This document shows, piece after piece, positions 49,026 to 57,784 of a stretch of 64,000 nt of DNA. A program made the position numbers and the translations under genes. The DNA comes from Fimbriimonadia bacterium (GTDB lineage Bacteria; Armatimonadota; Fimbriimonadia; Fimbriimonadales; JABRVX01), in NCBI GenBank assembly GCA_041483895.1, contig JBGPGO010000016.1:1-64000 (forward strand), given 5' to 3'. Under the pieces are notes generated by a model that saw only the letters and a list, made by a program, of their open reading frames with translations, had not been told where the DNA came from and did not search any database. Within the stretch, counting starts at the first letter, position 1, and each line of letters begins with the position of its first letter.

Positions 49026-50363
49026 ATGAAAACTCTTTCCACCGTCCTGGCCGTCTCGGCATTGGCAGTCGTCTCCGGCCAGGCGCAAACGCTGTGGAAC
49101 CACGAGCGGTTGTCCAATGAAAGTCTGTTCGCGGGACAGAGCACGAACTGCTTCATCAACGCAAACGGTGACGTGGCGTTTACAGCGAGCACATTGAGTA
49201 GTTACCAAAGCGCCTGGAAATATCATTCTGGCACTGGAACGCTGATCAATCTCAACCAAGCGTACCTCGGAACGGCCTCCACCGGAACGAGCTACGGAAT
49301 CAATGCCTCCGGCGAGGTCGCGTGGGTGGGCGAAACGGCCAGCTCACTCTCTATCAACGCCGACGGCCACGATTTCTACGCACCGCTCTTCCCGCCGGAC
49401 ACGAATAGGAGCCACGTCACGATTCGGGGAATCGACGACGCGGGTGATCCATTCTGGTTGTATCAAAAATCCGGCGTCTCCCGGGTGTTCCAAGGGGGGA
49501 TGGAGATCTCCGGCGGCGCGACGATATCGGCTGTGATGCTTTATGGGACAATCGGCAAAGGTGACACCCTGTATCGAGCGACAGATTCGGCCGGAAATAT
49601 CAATCTTTACAAGAACGGCACGAACTTCACGGCCCCTCTTCTCGGTGATCTGCAGCTAGCTCCCGAAGGGGTTCTTGGCGTCAACGGCAGCGTTCTTTGG
49701 GCCGCGCTCGGATCGACGACGGATGGACGTTTCGACATGTTTCTCAACGACCAGAACCTGACCAAAGGGCTGTTTCCCACCATGAAGGGGGGGCATCCCG
49801 AGGCGATCAACTCATCGGAACAATATCTGTGGATCCGCTACGATATGGACAACTCGGCGCACATGATGAAGGGGATGGAAGACCTGACAGCGGAACTGCC
49901 GGAGCTTGGCATCGACGGCGCCGGGCAATTGAGGAATTACATCAATGATAACGGGGATGTGTTCTGGGAAGCAGTGAGCAGCCAACAATATGGTTTCATG
50001 GCCATACTCAACGGCAAGAATCTCACGACAGATATCGTGGGAATCCCCACCGATTTCCACATGACAGGTTTGGACGGTTCCGGTAATGGTGTTTGGTATG
50101 CGTCGGGTCCCAAGGTTCCTCAACGCAGCGTCTTCGTTAATCAGTTCAATCTTTCCGCAGACGCGTACGGCGGCTTCAACTATGGTGCGGCCGCTGGGCT
50201 CGCTGTGGGCGTCAACGGCCAAGTGCTTTGGACGGCCCAGGATCCTGACGGCACGTCCTCCGTCTGGCTCTCCACCCCCGTCCCGGAGCCGGGGATCACC
50301 GTCCCCGCGATGCTGGTTGCCGCGGGGCTGTGGCGAAGGCGGCCCATCATGCGCCGAGCTTGA
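49026..50363 (+). CDS. PEP-CTERM-type exported protein
   Basis: AAGGAG RBS, signal peptide, repeated IN..G.V.W units, C-terminal PVPEPG + TM + RRRP. Confidence 0.85.
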   Translation: MKTLSTVLAVSALAVVSGQAQTLWNHERLSNESLFAGQSTNCFINANGDVAFTASTLSSYQSAWKYHSGTGTLINLNQAYLGTASTGTSYGINASGEVAWVGETASSLSINADGHDFYAPLFPPDTNRSHVTIRGIDDAGDPFWLYQKSGVSRVFQGGMEISGGATISAVMLYGTIGKGDTLYRATDSAGNINLYKNGTNFTAPLLGDLQLAPEGVLGVNGSVLWAALGSTTDGRFDMFLNDQNLTKGLFPTMKGGHPEAINSSEQYLWIRYDMDNSAHMMKGMEDLTAELPELGIDGAGQLRNYINDNGDVFWEAVSSQQYGFMAILNGKNLTTDIVGIPTDFHMTGLDGSGNGVWYASGPKVPQRSVFVNQFNLSADAYGGFNYGAAAGLAVGVNGQVLWTAQDPDGTSSVWLSTPVPEPGITVPAMLVAAGLWRRRPIMRRA

Positions 50364-51300
50364 CCCGCAGCGCGTTAGCAACGACGGAAACCTTCGCCTC
50401 CAAGTAGGGGGCCGGCTCCCCATCGATCTGGCACAGGGGTCCGGCGTCGCAGCGGATTTGGAACGACGTTCCGCGGAACACCTCAACGCGGCGGCTGCGG
50501 TCTGCAGTGGCCAGGCTGCCCGCCAGAGCCGGACCCATGATCCCGCCCTTCCACACGCCGCCCGGCCGCACTACCGCCAAGTCCAAGAGTCCATCGGAAA
50601 TCGACGTCTCTTTCGACACCCGCATCCAGCCGCCATATTTTGGCGCGTTGACGGCGGCCACGAGCAGGGCTTCGCCCTCGAATAGCAGTCGAGTGTTCGG
50701 GTCTTTGGTATCGGCGTTCGGAAGGGTATGGGTAGCAGTGGACCCGAACACATCAGGGTTGCTTCCCTCTCTTGTCGGCTCTGATGGAACAGAGCCCTCC
50801 ACTGTCACGTGCCAGGGTTTGACGCGAAATTGGGCGGCGATGGCAGCCAGCATGAATGCGCCTCGGCCCAACCACGGCTTCCAGCGATCAGCCATCGGTA
50901 CCACGATCCCGTCTATGCCGAAACCGACAGAGGCCACGAACCAACGGTCTCCGTAACGTCCCAAATCTATCGTGGCCGTGGTGGTTCCCAGGCAAATTTC
51001 GGCGGCCCGCTGGTGATCGTTCACGGGTATGTGCAGAGCCTGCGCGAGCACGTTACCGGTCCCGCAGGGGATGAGACCGAGGGCCGCGTCCGTCCCAACC
51101 AATCCGTTGATAACCGAGTTGACCGTTCCATCGCCGCCGACCGCAATTACCGTGTCGTAGCGGGATGCTAGGTCGCGGGCAGCCGCCGTCGCCTCCAAGG
51201 AGTCACGCGTTTCGCAAAGCTCCGCATCCGGAAACAGCCGGTGCATTGCTAGGTTTCTCGCCCGCCGCGCACCCCGATTCCACACTACCCCCACGCTCAT
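50347..51300 (-). CDS. Diacylglycerol kinase family lipid kinase (YegS/DgkB-like) with in-frame repeat insertion
   Basis: AVGGDGTVNSVINGL, IPCGTGNVLA, DGLLD, QIDGE. Confidence 0.9.
   Translation of the reverse strand: MSVGVVWNRGARRARNLAMHRLFPDAELCETRDSLEATAAARDLASRYDTVIAVGGDGTVNSVINGLVGTDAALGLIPCGTGNVLAQALHIPVNDHQRAAEICLGTTTATIDLGRYGDRWFVASVGFGIDGIVVPMADRWKPWLGRGAFMLAAIAAQFRVKPWHVTVEGSVPSEPTREGSNPDVFGSTATHTLPNADTKDPNTRLLFEGEALLVAAVNAPKYGGWMRVSKETSISDGLLDLAVVRPGGVWKGGIMGPALAGSLATADRSRRVEVFRGTSFQIRCDAGPLCQIDGEPAPYLEAKVSVVANALRVKLGA
50693..50802. repeat. Intragenic composite repeat: family B (50693-50751) + family C arm (50775-50801)
   Basis: GTGTTCGGGTCTTTGGTATCGG..GACCCGAACAC (59 bp) and GGCTCTGATGGAACAGAGCCCTCCAC. 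Confidence 0.88.
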
Positions 51301-51392
51301 ACCAGGCAGTATAGCCGGATGTTTCCAATACCTCAACGAGTTGCCGATCAAGGATTGCCATGGTACAAAGTCGAATGGGGAGAGAAGAAATT

Positions 51393-52163
51393 ATGATCTG
51401 TGTCCTCGCTGCCATGGTCGCGCTGAGCGCCCCACCCGCCGGAGCCAGCGCCATTTCATACGCCGCCAAAAAACTGGGGTCCACCACCCTGCACGTCGTC
51501 ACCATCGACCTCAATAGCTATGATGTGAAAGTAAGCGGCGTCGTTTCCAAGCGTTTGGGAGTTGCCGAGCCGGTCGGTCAGATGGTCCATCGCGCCCGGC
51601 CCGCTGTTGCCATTACCGGCACCTTTCACTCTTTGCAGACAAAGCGGCCCGTCGGCGACATCGTAATTGATGGGGAGTGCGTCAATTGGGGCCATATTCC
51701 TAGCTGTCTCGCCATTGACTGGTTTGGGAAGGCAACCATCGTCCATCCGGCCTGGGGCTGCACGCAAAAGTGGCGGGACTACGAATATGTGCTGGGAGCG
51801 GGTATTCGCATCATGAAAGGCGGGGTGGTTGCGCCGGATCTGAAAGGGCGCAAAGACGGCAGCCTTTCTAAGCCGAACCCCCGCGTGGCGGCCGGCATTA
51901 CAAAAGACAACAAATTAATCCTTATCGCAACACGAAAAAAGATGACACTTTCCGGCGTTGCGAAGGTTCTAAAGAGCATGGGCGCCCGAGAGGCGATCTG
52001 TTTCGACGGCGGCTCTAGTGTCTGTCTGTATTACAGAGGCAGGATGGTGTTGCCTACCGGAAGGCGGCTCACCAACCTGCTCGTAGCGTATGATCGGCCG
52101 GAACTGTACCGGCAGGTCAAAAGTAAGCTGTCACCGCAGCGCGCAGAAAAAATTGCCCGGTAG
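51393..52163 (+). CDS. Phosphodiester glycosidase (NAGPA/DUF2233) family protein
   Basis: AITGTF, NPRVAAGIT, AICFDGGSS; signal peptide. Confidence 0.85.
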   Translation: MICVLAAMVALSAPPAGASAISYAAKKLGSTTLHVVTIDLNSYDVKVSGVVSKRLGVAEPVGQMVHRARPAVAITGTFHSLQTKRPVGDIVIDGECVNWGHIPSCLAIDWFGKATIVHPAWGCTQKWRDYEYVLGAGIRIMKGGVVAPDLKGRKDGSLSKPNPRVAAGITKDNKLILIATRKKMTLSGVAKVLKSMGAREAICFDGGSSVCLYYRGRMVLPTGRRLTNLLVAYDRPELYRQVKSKLSPQRAEKIAR

Positions 52164-52177
52164 GTTTACCGGGCAAT
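52147..52177 (-). terminator. Intrinsic terminator oriented on the minus strand
   Basis: Minus strand ATTGCCCGGTA-AACC-TACCGGGCAAT-TTTTT. Confidence 0.7.
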
Positions 52178-52295
52178 GAGGTGAAGAGCACTGCGCGATC
52201 CGCGGTCATAGGAGGGGCCCCGAGATTTACTCGGGGCTTCTCACTCAATCCTGTGACTTGCCGAGCGAGTAGAATGTTCCCAGGGTATTTCAGAA

Positions 52296-53438
52296 ATGCA
52301 CGAATTTTCTCGTTGTTGGGCGGAAATCGACCTCGACCATCTTCGGCATAACCTCACGCAGCTTCGGGGTCTGGTTACCCCGGGCAGTATGTACTGCTTT
52401 GTGGTGAAGGCGGACGGCTACGGACACGGGCTGGTGGAGGTGTCCCGGTGCGCTGTGGAGCATGGGGTCGATTGGCTGGCCGTTGCTACAGTTGGTGAGG
52501 GAATTACCCTGCGAGAGGCCGGGCTCTCTGCGCCCGTCTTGGTTCTATCCCCCGTTTCCCCGTTGGATGCCGACGTGCTTGTCCGGTATGACCTTCGCAA
52601 TATGGTGGAGGAGGCTGAGGCTGCGAAGGCCCTCTCCGTGGCGGCCCAGCGCCAAGGGAAGACCGTGAAGCTGCACATCAAAGTGGATACCGGAATGGCG
52701 CGGTTTGGCGTCCAACCGGATCAGGCCGCCGATCTCGCGCGATTGCTGTCCGGCCTGCCGGGGATCGAATTGGAGGGCATTGCAACGCACTTCAGCAGTT
52801 GCGCGCTGGATTTGGACTACACGGCGATGCAGTACCGAGAATTCGAGCGGGTCCTTGCCGAAATTGGGGCCGGCGGCGTTGACATCCCTATGGTCCACTG
52901 CACCAACAGCGCCGCTCTCATTCGGTTCAACAAGGTGCAGCGGTCGATGGTGCGCAGCGGCATCCTGGCGTACGGCATCCGCAATGTTCCCTGCCCCGAG
53001 GTGGATTTGCGGCCCGCGATGACCTGGCGGACGCGGATCATGGCGCTGCGGGAGATACCGGCCGGGAAGCGGGTGGGATACGGCGGGACTTGGATCACCG
53101 AGCGCCGCACCCGTCTCGCGACGCTGGGCACCGGGTACGCCGACGGGTATCCGAGGGAGCTGAGCAACAAGGGCTCCGTGCTGATTCACGGCAAGGAAGC
53201 GCCGGTGCGGGGGATTGTGTGCATGGACCAGGTGATGGTGGACGTAACGGATATTCCGTCAGCCAAGCTGGGAGAAGTGGTCGGGCTGGTGGAAGGTCCG
53301 GTTACCGCCGAGCGCCTTGCCGGCTGGGTCGGCACCACGCCGCACGAGATCCCTTGCCGTATAACCGGTCGTGTGGACAGGATCTATCTGCATCAAGTGG
53401 CTTCCGCGCCCGTCCCCGTCGCGACAATTGCGGGATAA
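52296..53438 (+). CDS. alr: Alanine racemase
   Basis: VVKADGYGHG PLP lysine motif, HIKVDTGMARFG, GYADGYPR, CMDQ. Confidence 0.97.
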   Translation: MHEFSRCWAEIDLDHLRHNLTQLRGLVTPGSMYCFVVKADGYGHGLVEVSRCAVEHGVDWLAVATVGEGITLREAGLSAPVLVLSPVSPLDADVLVRYDLRNMVEEAEAAKALSVAAQRQGKTVKLHIKVDTGMARFGVQPDQAADLARLLSGLPGIELEGIATHFSSCALDLDYTAMQYREFERVLAEIGAGGVDIPMVHCTNSAALIRFNKVQRSMVRSGILAYGIRNVPCPEVDLRPAMTWRTRIMALREIPAGKRVGYGGTWITERRTRLATLGTGYADGYPRELSNKGSVLIHGKEAPVRGIVCMDQVMVDVTDIPSAKLGEVVGLVEGPVTAERLAGWVGTTPHEIPCRITGRVDRIYLHQVASAPVPVATIAG

Positions 53439-53547
53439 CTCTCCCTGCCCCAATTGCCGCCAGCGACCCTACCGTACGAGCTATTAACCCTGCGGATCAG
53501 CGAACCGGCAATTGCCCCTGATTTGGCCGCTTTCTCCAAGAATCCAC

Positions 53548-53576
53548 TTGACGGATGGCGGTTCTCGCTATAGAGT
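53548..53576 (+). promoter_or_regulatory. Putative sigma70 promoter
   Basis: TTGACG-17nt-TAGAGT upstream of the PEP-CTERM gene. Confidence 0.55.
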
Positions 53577-53623
53577 AGCCTTGTATTTTGTTTTCTTTTT
53601 GTGTTCAGGAAAGCGAGTAAGAG

Positions 53624-54262
53624 ATGGATTTACGAACCTACCCTGTGATGGTTTTCTTGGCGTTGTCCGGAGCCGCCTTTGCCCAGGTATCACAGATGGG
53701 CATCGTGGTCGATGGATACACCATTACGTGGAACAATCCGAGCGGATCGAAGATCATCAACATCGATTCGCCGGCCGGCTATCACCTGTCGGGAAGTATG
53801 AAATTCGATGGCAGCCTGTTGAGCTATGCGCTGATCTTGAATGGTGGCCCCGCTACGGAGGGCAACATCAACATGTGGTACAAGGCTCCAGCGAGCTGGT
53901 TCGACACGATTAATTATTGGGGCAACACTGCCGCAGCGCTGTTCTACGGCACGCAACTGGGGATTGTTGAAGGCAACACTACGCTTGGCACGGCCTACAA
54001 CAACGGCAAAATGCTCGGCGACGGTTGGAAGTTTACCAACTTGCCGGGTGAATCGAGTTCGTTCGAGCAACACTTCCCGTTCACCAAAGAGCCGCCAAAG
54101 TACACGTACAGCATCAATCTTTCGGTCACGAAACCAACCGGATTAACGATCGACACGCGTGGATGGGCCGGCATTGGCATCGTCCCCGAACCTTCCTCGA
54201 TTGCCGCGGTGACTATCGGTCTTGGCCTGATGATTCGACGCCGCGTAAAGCAGCAAGGATAA
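53624..54262 (+). CDS. PEP-CTERM exported protein
   Basis: Signal peptide (AAFA-Q); C-terminal VPEPSSIAAVTIGLGLMIRRR. Confidence 0.88.
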   Translation: MDLRTYPVMVFLALSGAAFAQVSQMGIVVDGYTITWNNPSGSKIINIDSPAGYHLSGSMKFDGSLLSYALILNGGPATEGNINMWYKAPASWFDTINYWGNTAAALFYGTQLGIVEGNTTLGTAYNNGKMLGDGWKFTNLPGESSSFEQHFPFTKEPPKYTYSINLSVTKPTGLTIDTRGWAGIGIVPEPSSIAAVTIGLGLMIRRRVKQQG

Positions 54263-55169
54263 CAATCCAATCCGGCGGTCGATCCGCCGTGAGGGATAGC
54301 GAGTGGCCGGTAATCGGATGCTCGAGGTCTAGCCGAAAGGCGCGCAGCGCCTGGCCGTCTAGAGACCCGACGCTCCGATTATCGGCTTTCTTGGTTCCAT
54401 ACACTTTGTCGCCGAGGATGGGAAGGCCGATGGAGGCCAGGTGGACGCGGACCTGATGGGTCCTGCCTGTGTGCAGCGTGGCGATGAGAACGGCATGCCC
54501 GATAAGTCTCTCCGTAACTTCGAAATCCGTTGTTGCCGATCTGCCGTCCGCAACAATGGCCATTTTCTTTCGGTCATTCGGGTGCCGGCCGATCGGCGCA
54601 TCGACCCGGAACCGGTCCTGCTGTGGGCTTCCAACGACGATACATTCGTACTTTCGCGATACCTTGCGCTCTTGAATCATCCTGGCAAGTTTCGCGTGCG
54701 TCGCATCTGTTTTCGCGACGAGCATCAGCCCGGCAGTGTCCTTATCCAAACGGTGGACTATGCCAGGCCGGAAGCTGCCGGCAGCCTCTGACAATGCGCC
54801 GCCTCGCCCCAGGAGCGCATTCACCAGAGTTCCCTGCCGGTTCCCCGCCGCCGGATGCACGACCATACCGGCCGGCTTGTTGATCACCATCATGAATTCG
54901 TCTTCGTACACGATGTCGAGCGGTATGTCCTCTGGAGTGAGGTTCTCGTCCGGCGGCGTTTCTCGGAGCTTCGCGCAAGTTACGATGTCGCCGGCCTCAA
55001 GTTTGTGGCTTGGCTTTGCCGGCCTCCCATTGACGAGCACTTCCCCCTCCTCGATCGCGCGCTGCAATCGGGAGCGGCTATGTTCGGGCAGCCGGTCGGC
55101 CAGGTAGCGATCCAGCCGGACGGCCGCTGCGATACTTTCGACGATAGATCTGTGCGTATTTGCCCCCAC
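54213..55169 (-). CDS. rluD: RluA/RluD-family pseudouridine synthase with S4 domain
   Basis: RLDRYL..SRSRLQ S4 domain, NKPAGMVVHP, RPGIVHRLDKDT, TGRTHQVRVH; start uncertain. Confidence 0.92.
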   Translation of the reverse strand: MGANTHRSIVESIAAAVRLDRYLADRLPEHSRSRLQRAIEEGEVLVNGRPAKPSHKLEAGDIVTCAKLRETPPDENLTPEDIPLDIVYEDEFMMVINKPAGMVVHPAAGNRQGTLVNALLGRGGALSEAAGSFRPGIVHRLDKDTAGLMLVAKTDATHAKLARMIQERKVSRKYECIVVGSPQQDRFRVDAPIGRHPNDRKKMAIVADGRSATTDFEVTERLIGHAVLIATLHTGRTHQVRVHLASIGLPILGDKVYGTKKADNRSVGSLDGQALRAFRLDLEHPITGHSLSLTADRPPDWIVILAALRGVESSGQDR

Positions 55170-55321
55170 CCTAACCCTCCCCCGCAAGCGGGGGAGGGGA
55201 TTTGCATGCTCCCCCACCCTCCACCGCAAGCGGGGGAGGGGATTAACCAGCCCCCCCTCCCCCACAAACGGGGGAGGGGATTCATCCGCCCCCTACTCTC
55301 CCCCTCAAGCGGGGGAGGGGA
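55163..55321. repeat. Four tandem family D palindromes
   Basis: CCCTCCCCCGCAAGCGGGG(G)AGGGGA-like units repeated four times with short linkers. Confidence 0.92.
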
Positions 55322-55351
55322 TTAATCTTCGCAATGGTTAAAGGCGGCAGG

Positions 55352-55626
55352 TGTGGCCGCGCACCTGCCTTCGACAACACCCTCCGCGGCATGCGAACGA
55401 CGGCGACTCCTACCGGGAGCTCTGCGGCGCACGGGGCAATCGGTTTACCGTTGCTTCCTTCCGGACCTGGCGGGGTTCGCCGCCGCTCCGTCGCGCAGTG
55501 CCCGATTGTCAACATCGCCGACGAACGTCGTTTCGCGAGGGGCAACTGCCTAGGGCGGGAATTCGACCCCGCTATAGCGGATTGCGGGAACAGGGCACCG
55601 CTGGCTCCCCATCTAGCGCGGCCACA
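55352..55626 (-). ncRNA. ffs: Signal recognition particle RNA, large (Alu-containing) bacterial type
   Basis: Minus strand has CCAGGTCCGGAAGGAAGCAACGG (helix 8); 5' GCTAGATGGGGAGCCAGCGGTGCCCTGTTCCCGCAATCCGCTATAGCGGG Alu-like domain; ends pair (TGTGGCCGC/GCGGCCACA); ~275 nt. Confidence 0.93.
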
Positions 55627-55649
55627 GCCGCCGCCTCAATTCTCTAATG

Positions 55650-57011
55650 CTATGTCGATTTCGCAGGCCCAGGAGTTCCGGGCGTGTTGGGAACTACTCG
55701 ATACTTGGGCGCCTCTTCTTGTACCTCTACGAACCCGGGCGTTTCGACGACAACCTTCTTATCGCGCCATTCGCCCCGCTGCAAAATCTGGTCCTTTGTA
55801 ATCGTCAGGGTGCAAAGGATTTGCCGCAAAGACGGGTCGTCTTTCGGGATGTTCAAGTATCGCTTGTCATCCATGGCTTCCCCATTCCAACCGAGCCGAT
55901 CTTGAATGCTTGCCGGCGCCCATCGCGGAGACCACGAGAATACGATATCATACTTTTCGGCATCGAACGGATACATGGCGGGATCCTTCGACATGTTGAT
56001 CGTCCGTGCAAATCGCTTTTTCTTGTTGTACAAATCGTCCTGCATGTAAGTGACGTCCTTCGGCAGCTCCGGAGAAAACGGCAGCTTTTCGTTTTCCGCC
56101 AAATGCAGGTCGTAACTTTGATCCTTCAGGACGATCCGGACCCTTGCGCCGATCGGGGCGAGCCCCAACGTCCCCACCACCCGAATGACGCCCGGCTCGG
56201 TCACCGTTATTCGCGCTCCAAAATCCATCTGCTCCAAGGGCGGCAACGTCGTGTAATGGCCTGCCGGACCATAGTCGCCACGCTGTTTCGCGAAATAGCC
56301 CCGCGCGGCCATGCGAATGATATGCTGGTCAAGATTCTTCTCAACCGTATCTCGCCCGATGCGCGCGGATTCGTTGCCGGGATAGTCGTCGAGAATCTTT
56401 TGATTCATATCGAGAAGCTCGTACAGATAGTTCAATGCGTCGGATATCTGACCGTTCTTGTAATAGGCATGGGCCAAAATGTCGCGACGGGCGAGCGGAA
56501 TATCCTCAAAGTTTTTCGCCTTTTCAAATGCCTCCACCGCGCCCTTATAGTCCATGATCTTGTGGTACTTCATCCACCCCAGTTCGAACCACAGCTCATA
56601 CGTGTTCTGATTGTTGTTGACACCCTCGCGCAAGAGCTGCAAAGCCGGGACCAGATATCTGCGATCGGATCGCTGGTCCTCATCGGTAAAGTTGTAGCCC
56701 ATGTGCCACGCGCCGGTCACGTAGACATCGATCTGCTTTGAATCGAGCAGCGTGACGAGGCGGACAAGCGGCAGGATCGCGTCATAGTTCCCTTGGTGGA
56801 AGAATTCATCGGCCCGCACCCACATGATGCCAGCCAGCACCTCCCGAAATCCGCTCAGCGCGACCAATACCTGTTCCGCGCCCAAACCTGGGACGGACAG
56901 TTTCGGAGGCGCATAGTATTTCTTCCAAAACGGATCGATTTTCGTTTGCAGCACAGCTTGAGAACCGAATAGCAAAAGGAGGACAGGAATGGCCCACTTC
57001 ATCCGCTTCAT
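55650..57011 (-). CDS. TPR-containing membrane-anchored protein associated with ABC transporter
   Basis: N-terminal TM; GFREVLAGIMWVRADEFFH.G..LVTLLD motif; TPR-like helices. Confidence 0.75.
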   Translation of the reverse strand: MKRMKWAIPVLLLLFGSQAVLQTKIDPFWKKYYAPPKLSVPGLGAEQVLVALSGFREVLAGIMWVRADEFFHQGNYDAILPLVRLVTLLDSKQIDVYVTGAWHMGYNFTDEDQRSDRRYLVPALQLLREGVNNNQNTYELWFELGWMKYHKIMDYKGAVEAFEKAKNFEDIPLARRDILAHAYYKNGQISDALNYLYELLDMNQKILDDYPGNESARIGRDTVEKNLDQHIIRMAARGYFAKQRGDYGPAGHYTTLPPLEQMDFGARITVTEPGVIRVVGTLGLAPIGARVRIVLKDQSYDLHLAENEKLPFSPELPKDVTYMQDDLYNKKKRFARTINMSKDPAMYPFDAEKYDIVFSWSPRWAPASIQDRLGWNGEAMDDKRYLNIPKDDPSLRQILCTLTITKDQILQRGEWRDKKVVVETPGFVEVQEEAPKYRVVPNTPGTPGPAKST

Positions 57012-57784
57012 CAGACCTCTCTCCGATCGAAGATCACGACGGCGAGCGTGAGCAAAATGCCGGTGTAAAAGACCGCGTACAGGATCACCTGAAGGTTGTA
57101 CACCTGTGTGTTGGCAATCATGGATCCCGGATTGATAATCGGATTCTGCACGTTATAGTTCGCGAAGTTCGGCAGCACGTAGTGGATCAGGGTGGCGCCG
57201 AAGCGGGTTAACTGATTTTCCGTTGTGGAGAGTGATTCGAAGAGCGGGTTCGCCAGGTTGCCGACCATATAGATGCCGAAGCTGAGGAAGAAGTTGACGA
57301 GGGGCGATACGAATGTGCTGAAAAACATCGCGACCGCCGCCAGGATCATCATCTGCAGAAAAAACAGAGGCGGACCGGCCAACAGGTTGATTGGGAGACT
57401 GTGCTTCGACAGATAATAAACCAGCAAAAACGTGACGGTCATGAGGGCCATCATCATAAGGATGGTCGCAAGGCTGCCGAGGAACTTGCCGAGCAGGAAT
57501 TGATGCCTTTGCACCGGTTTGGACAAAATCGTGTAGATGGTCCTGCGCTCGATCTCTTGCGGAATCAGGCTGATGGTGAGAACGACAGCGACCAGCGCGC
57601 CAATCATTTGGATCACTCCCAAGCCGAACGAGAGCAAGACCGTGGTTTCCTGTCGCGGGGAAAGCTGATTGAGGCCGGGGGTGATGATGAGAAGGCCCAC
57701 GCCGAGGAGCAGGATTACCAGCAACACTTTTCGGCGGACAGCCTCACCCAGGGTCGTGGACGCAATGGCGTAGATAGCGCCCAT
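57011..57784 (-). CDS. ABC transporter permease (NosY/PilI-like)
   Basis: Six TM segments, EIERRTIYTILSKPV.R..FLLGKFLG, IFDRREV end. Confidence 0.9.
   Translation of the reverse strand: MGAIYAIASTTLGEAVRRKVLLVILLLGVGLLIITPGLNQLSPRQETTVLLSFGLGVIQMIGALVAVVLTISLIPQEIERRTIYTILSKPVQRHQFLLGKFLGSLATILMMMALMTVTFLLVYYLSKHSLPINLLAGPPLFFLQMMILAAVAMFFSTFVSPLVNFFLSFGIYMVGNLANPLFESLSTTENQLTRFGATLIHYVLPNFANYNVQNPIINPGSMIANTQVYNLQVILYAVFYTGILLTLAVVIFDRREV

Noticed and set aside
55163..55321. CRISPR-like array
   Set aside because: Degenerate palindromes with linkers of about 10 nt; the same element occurs inside oppD.
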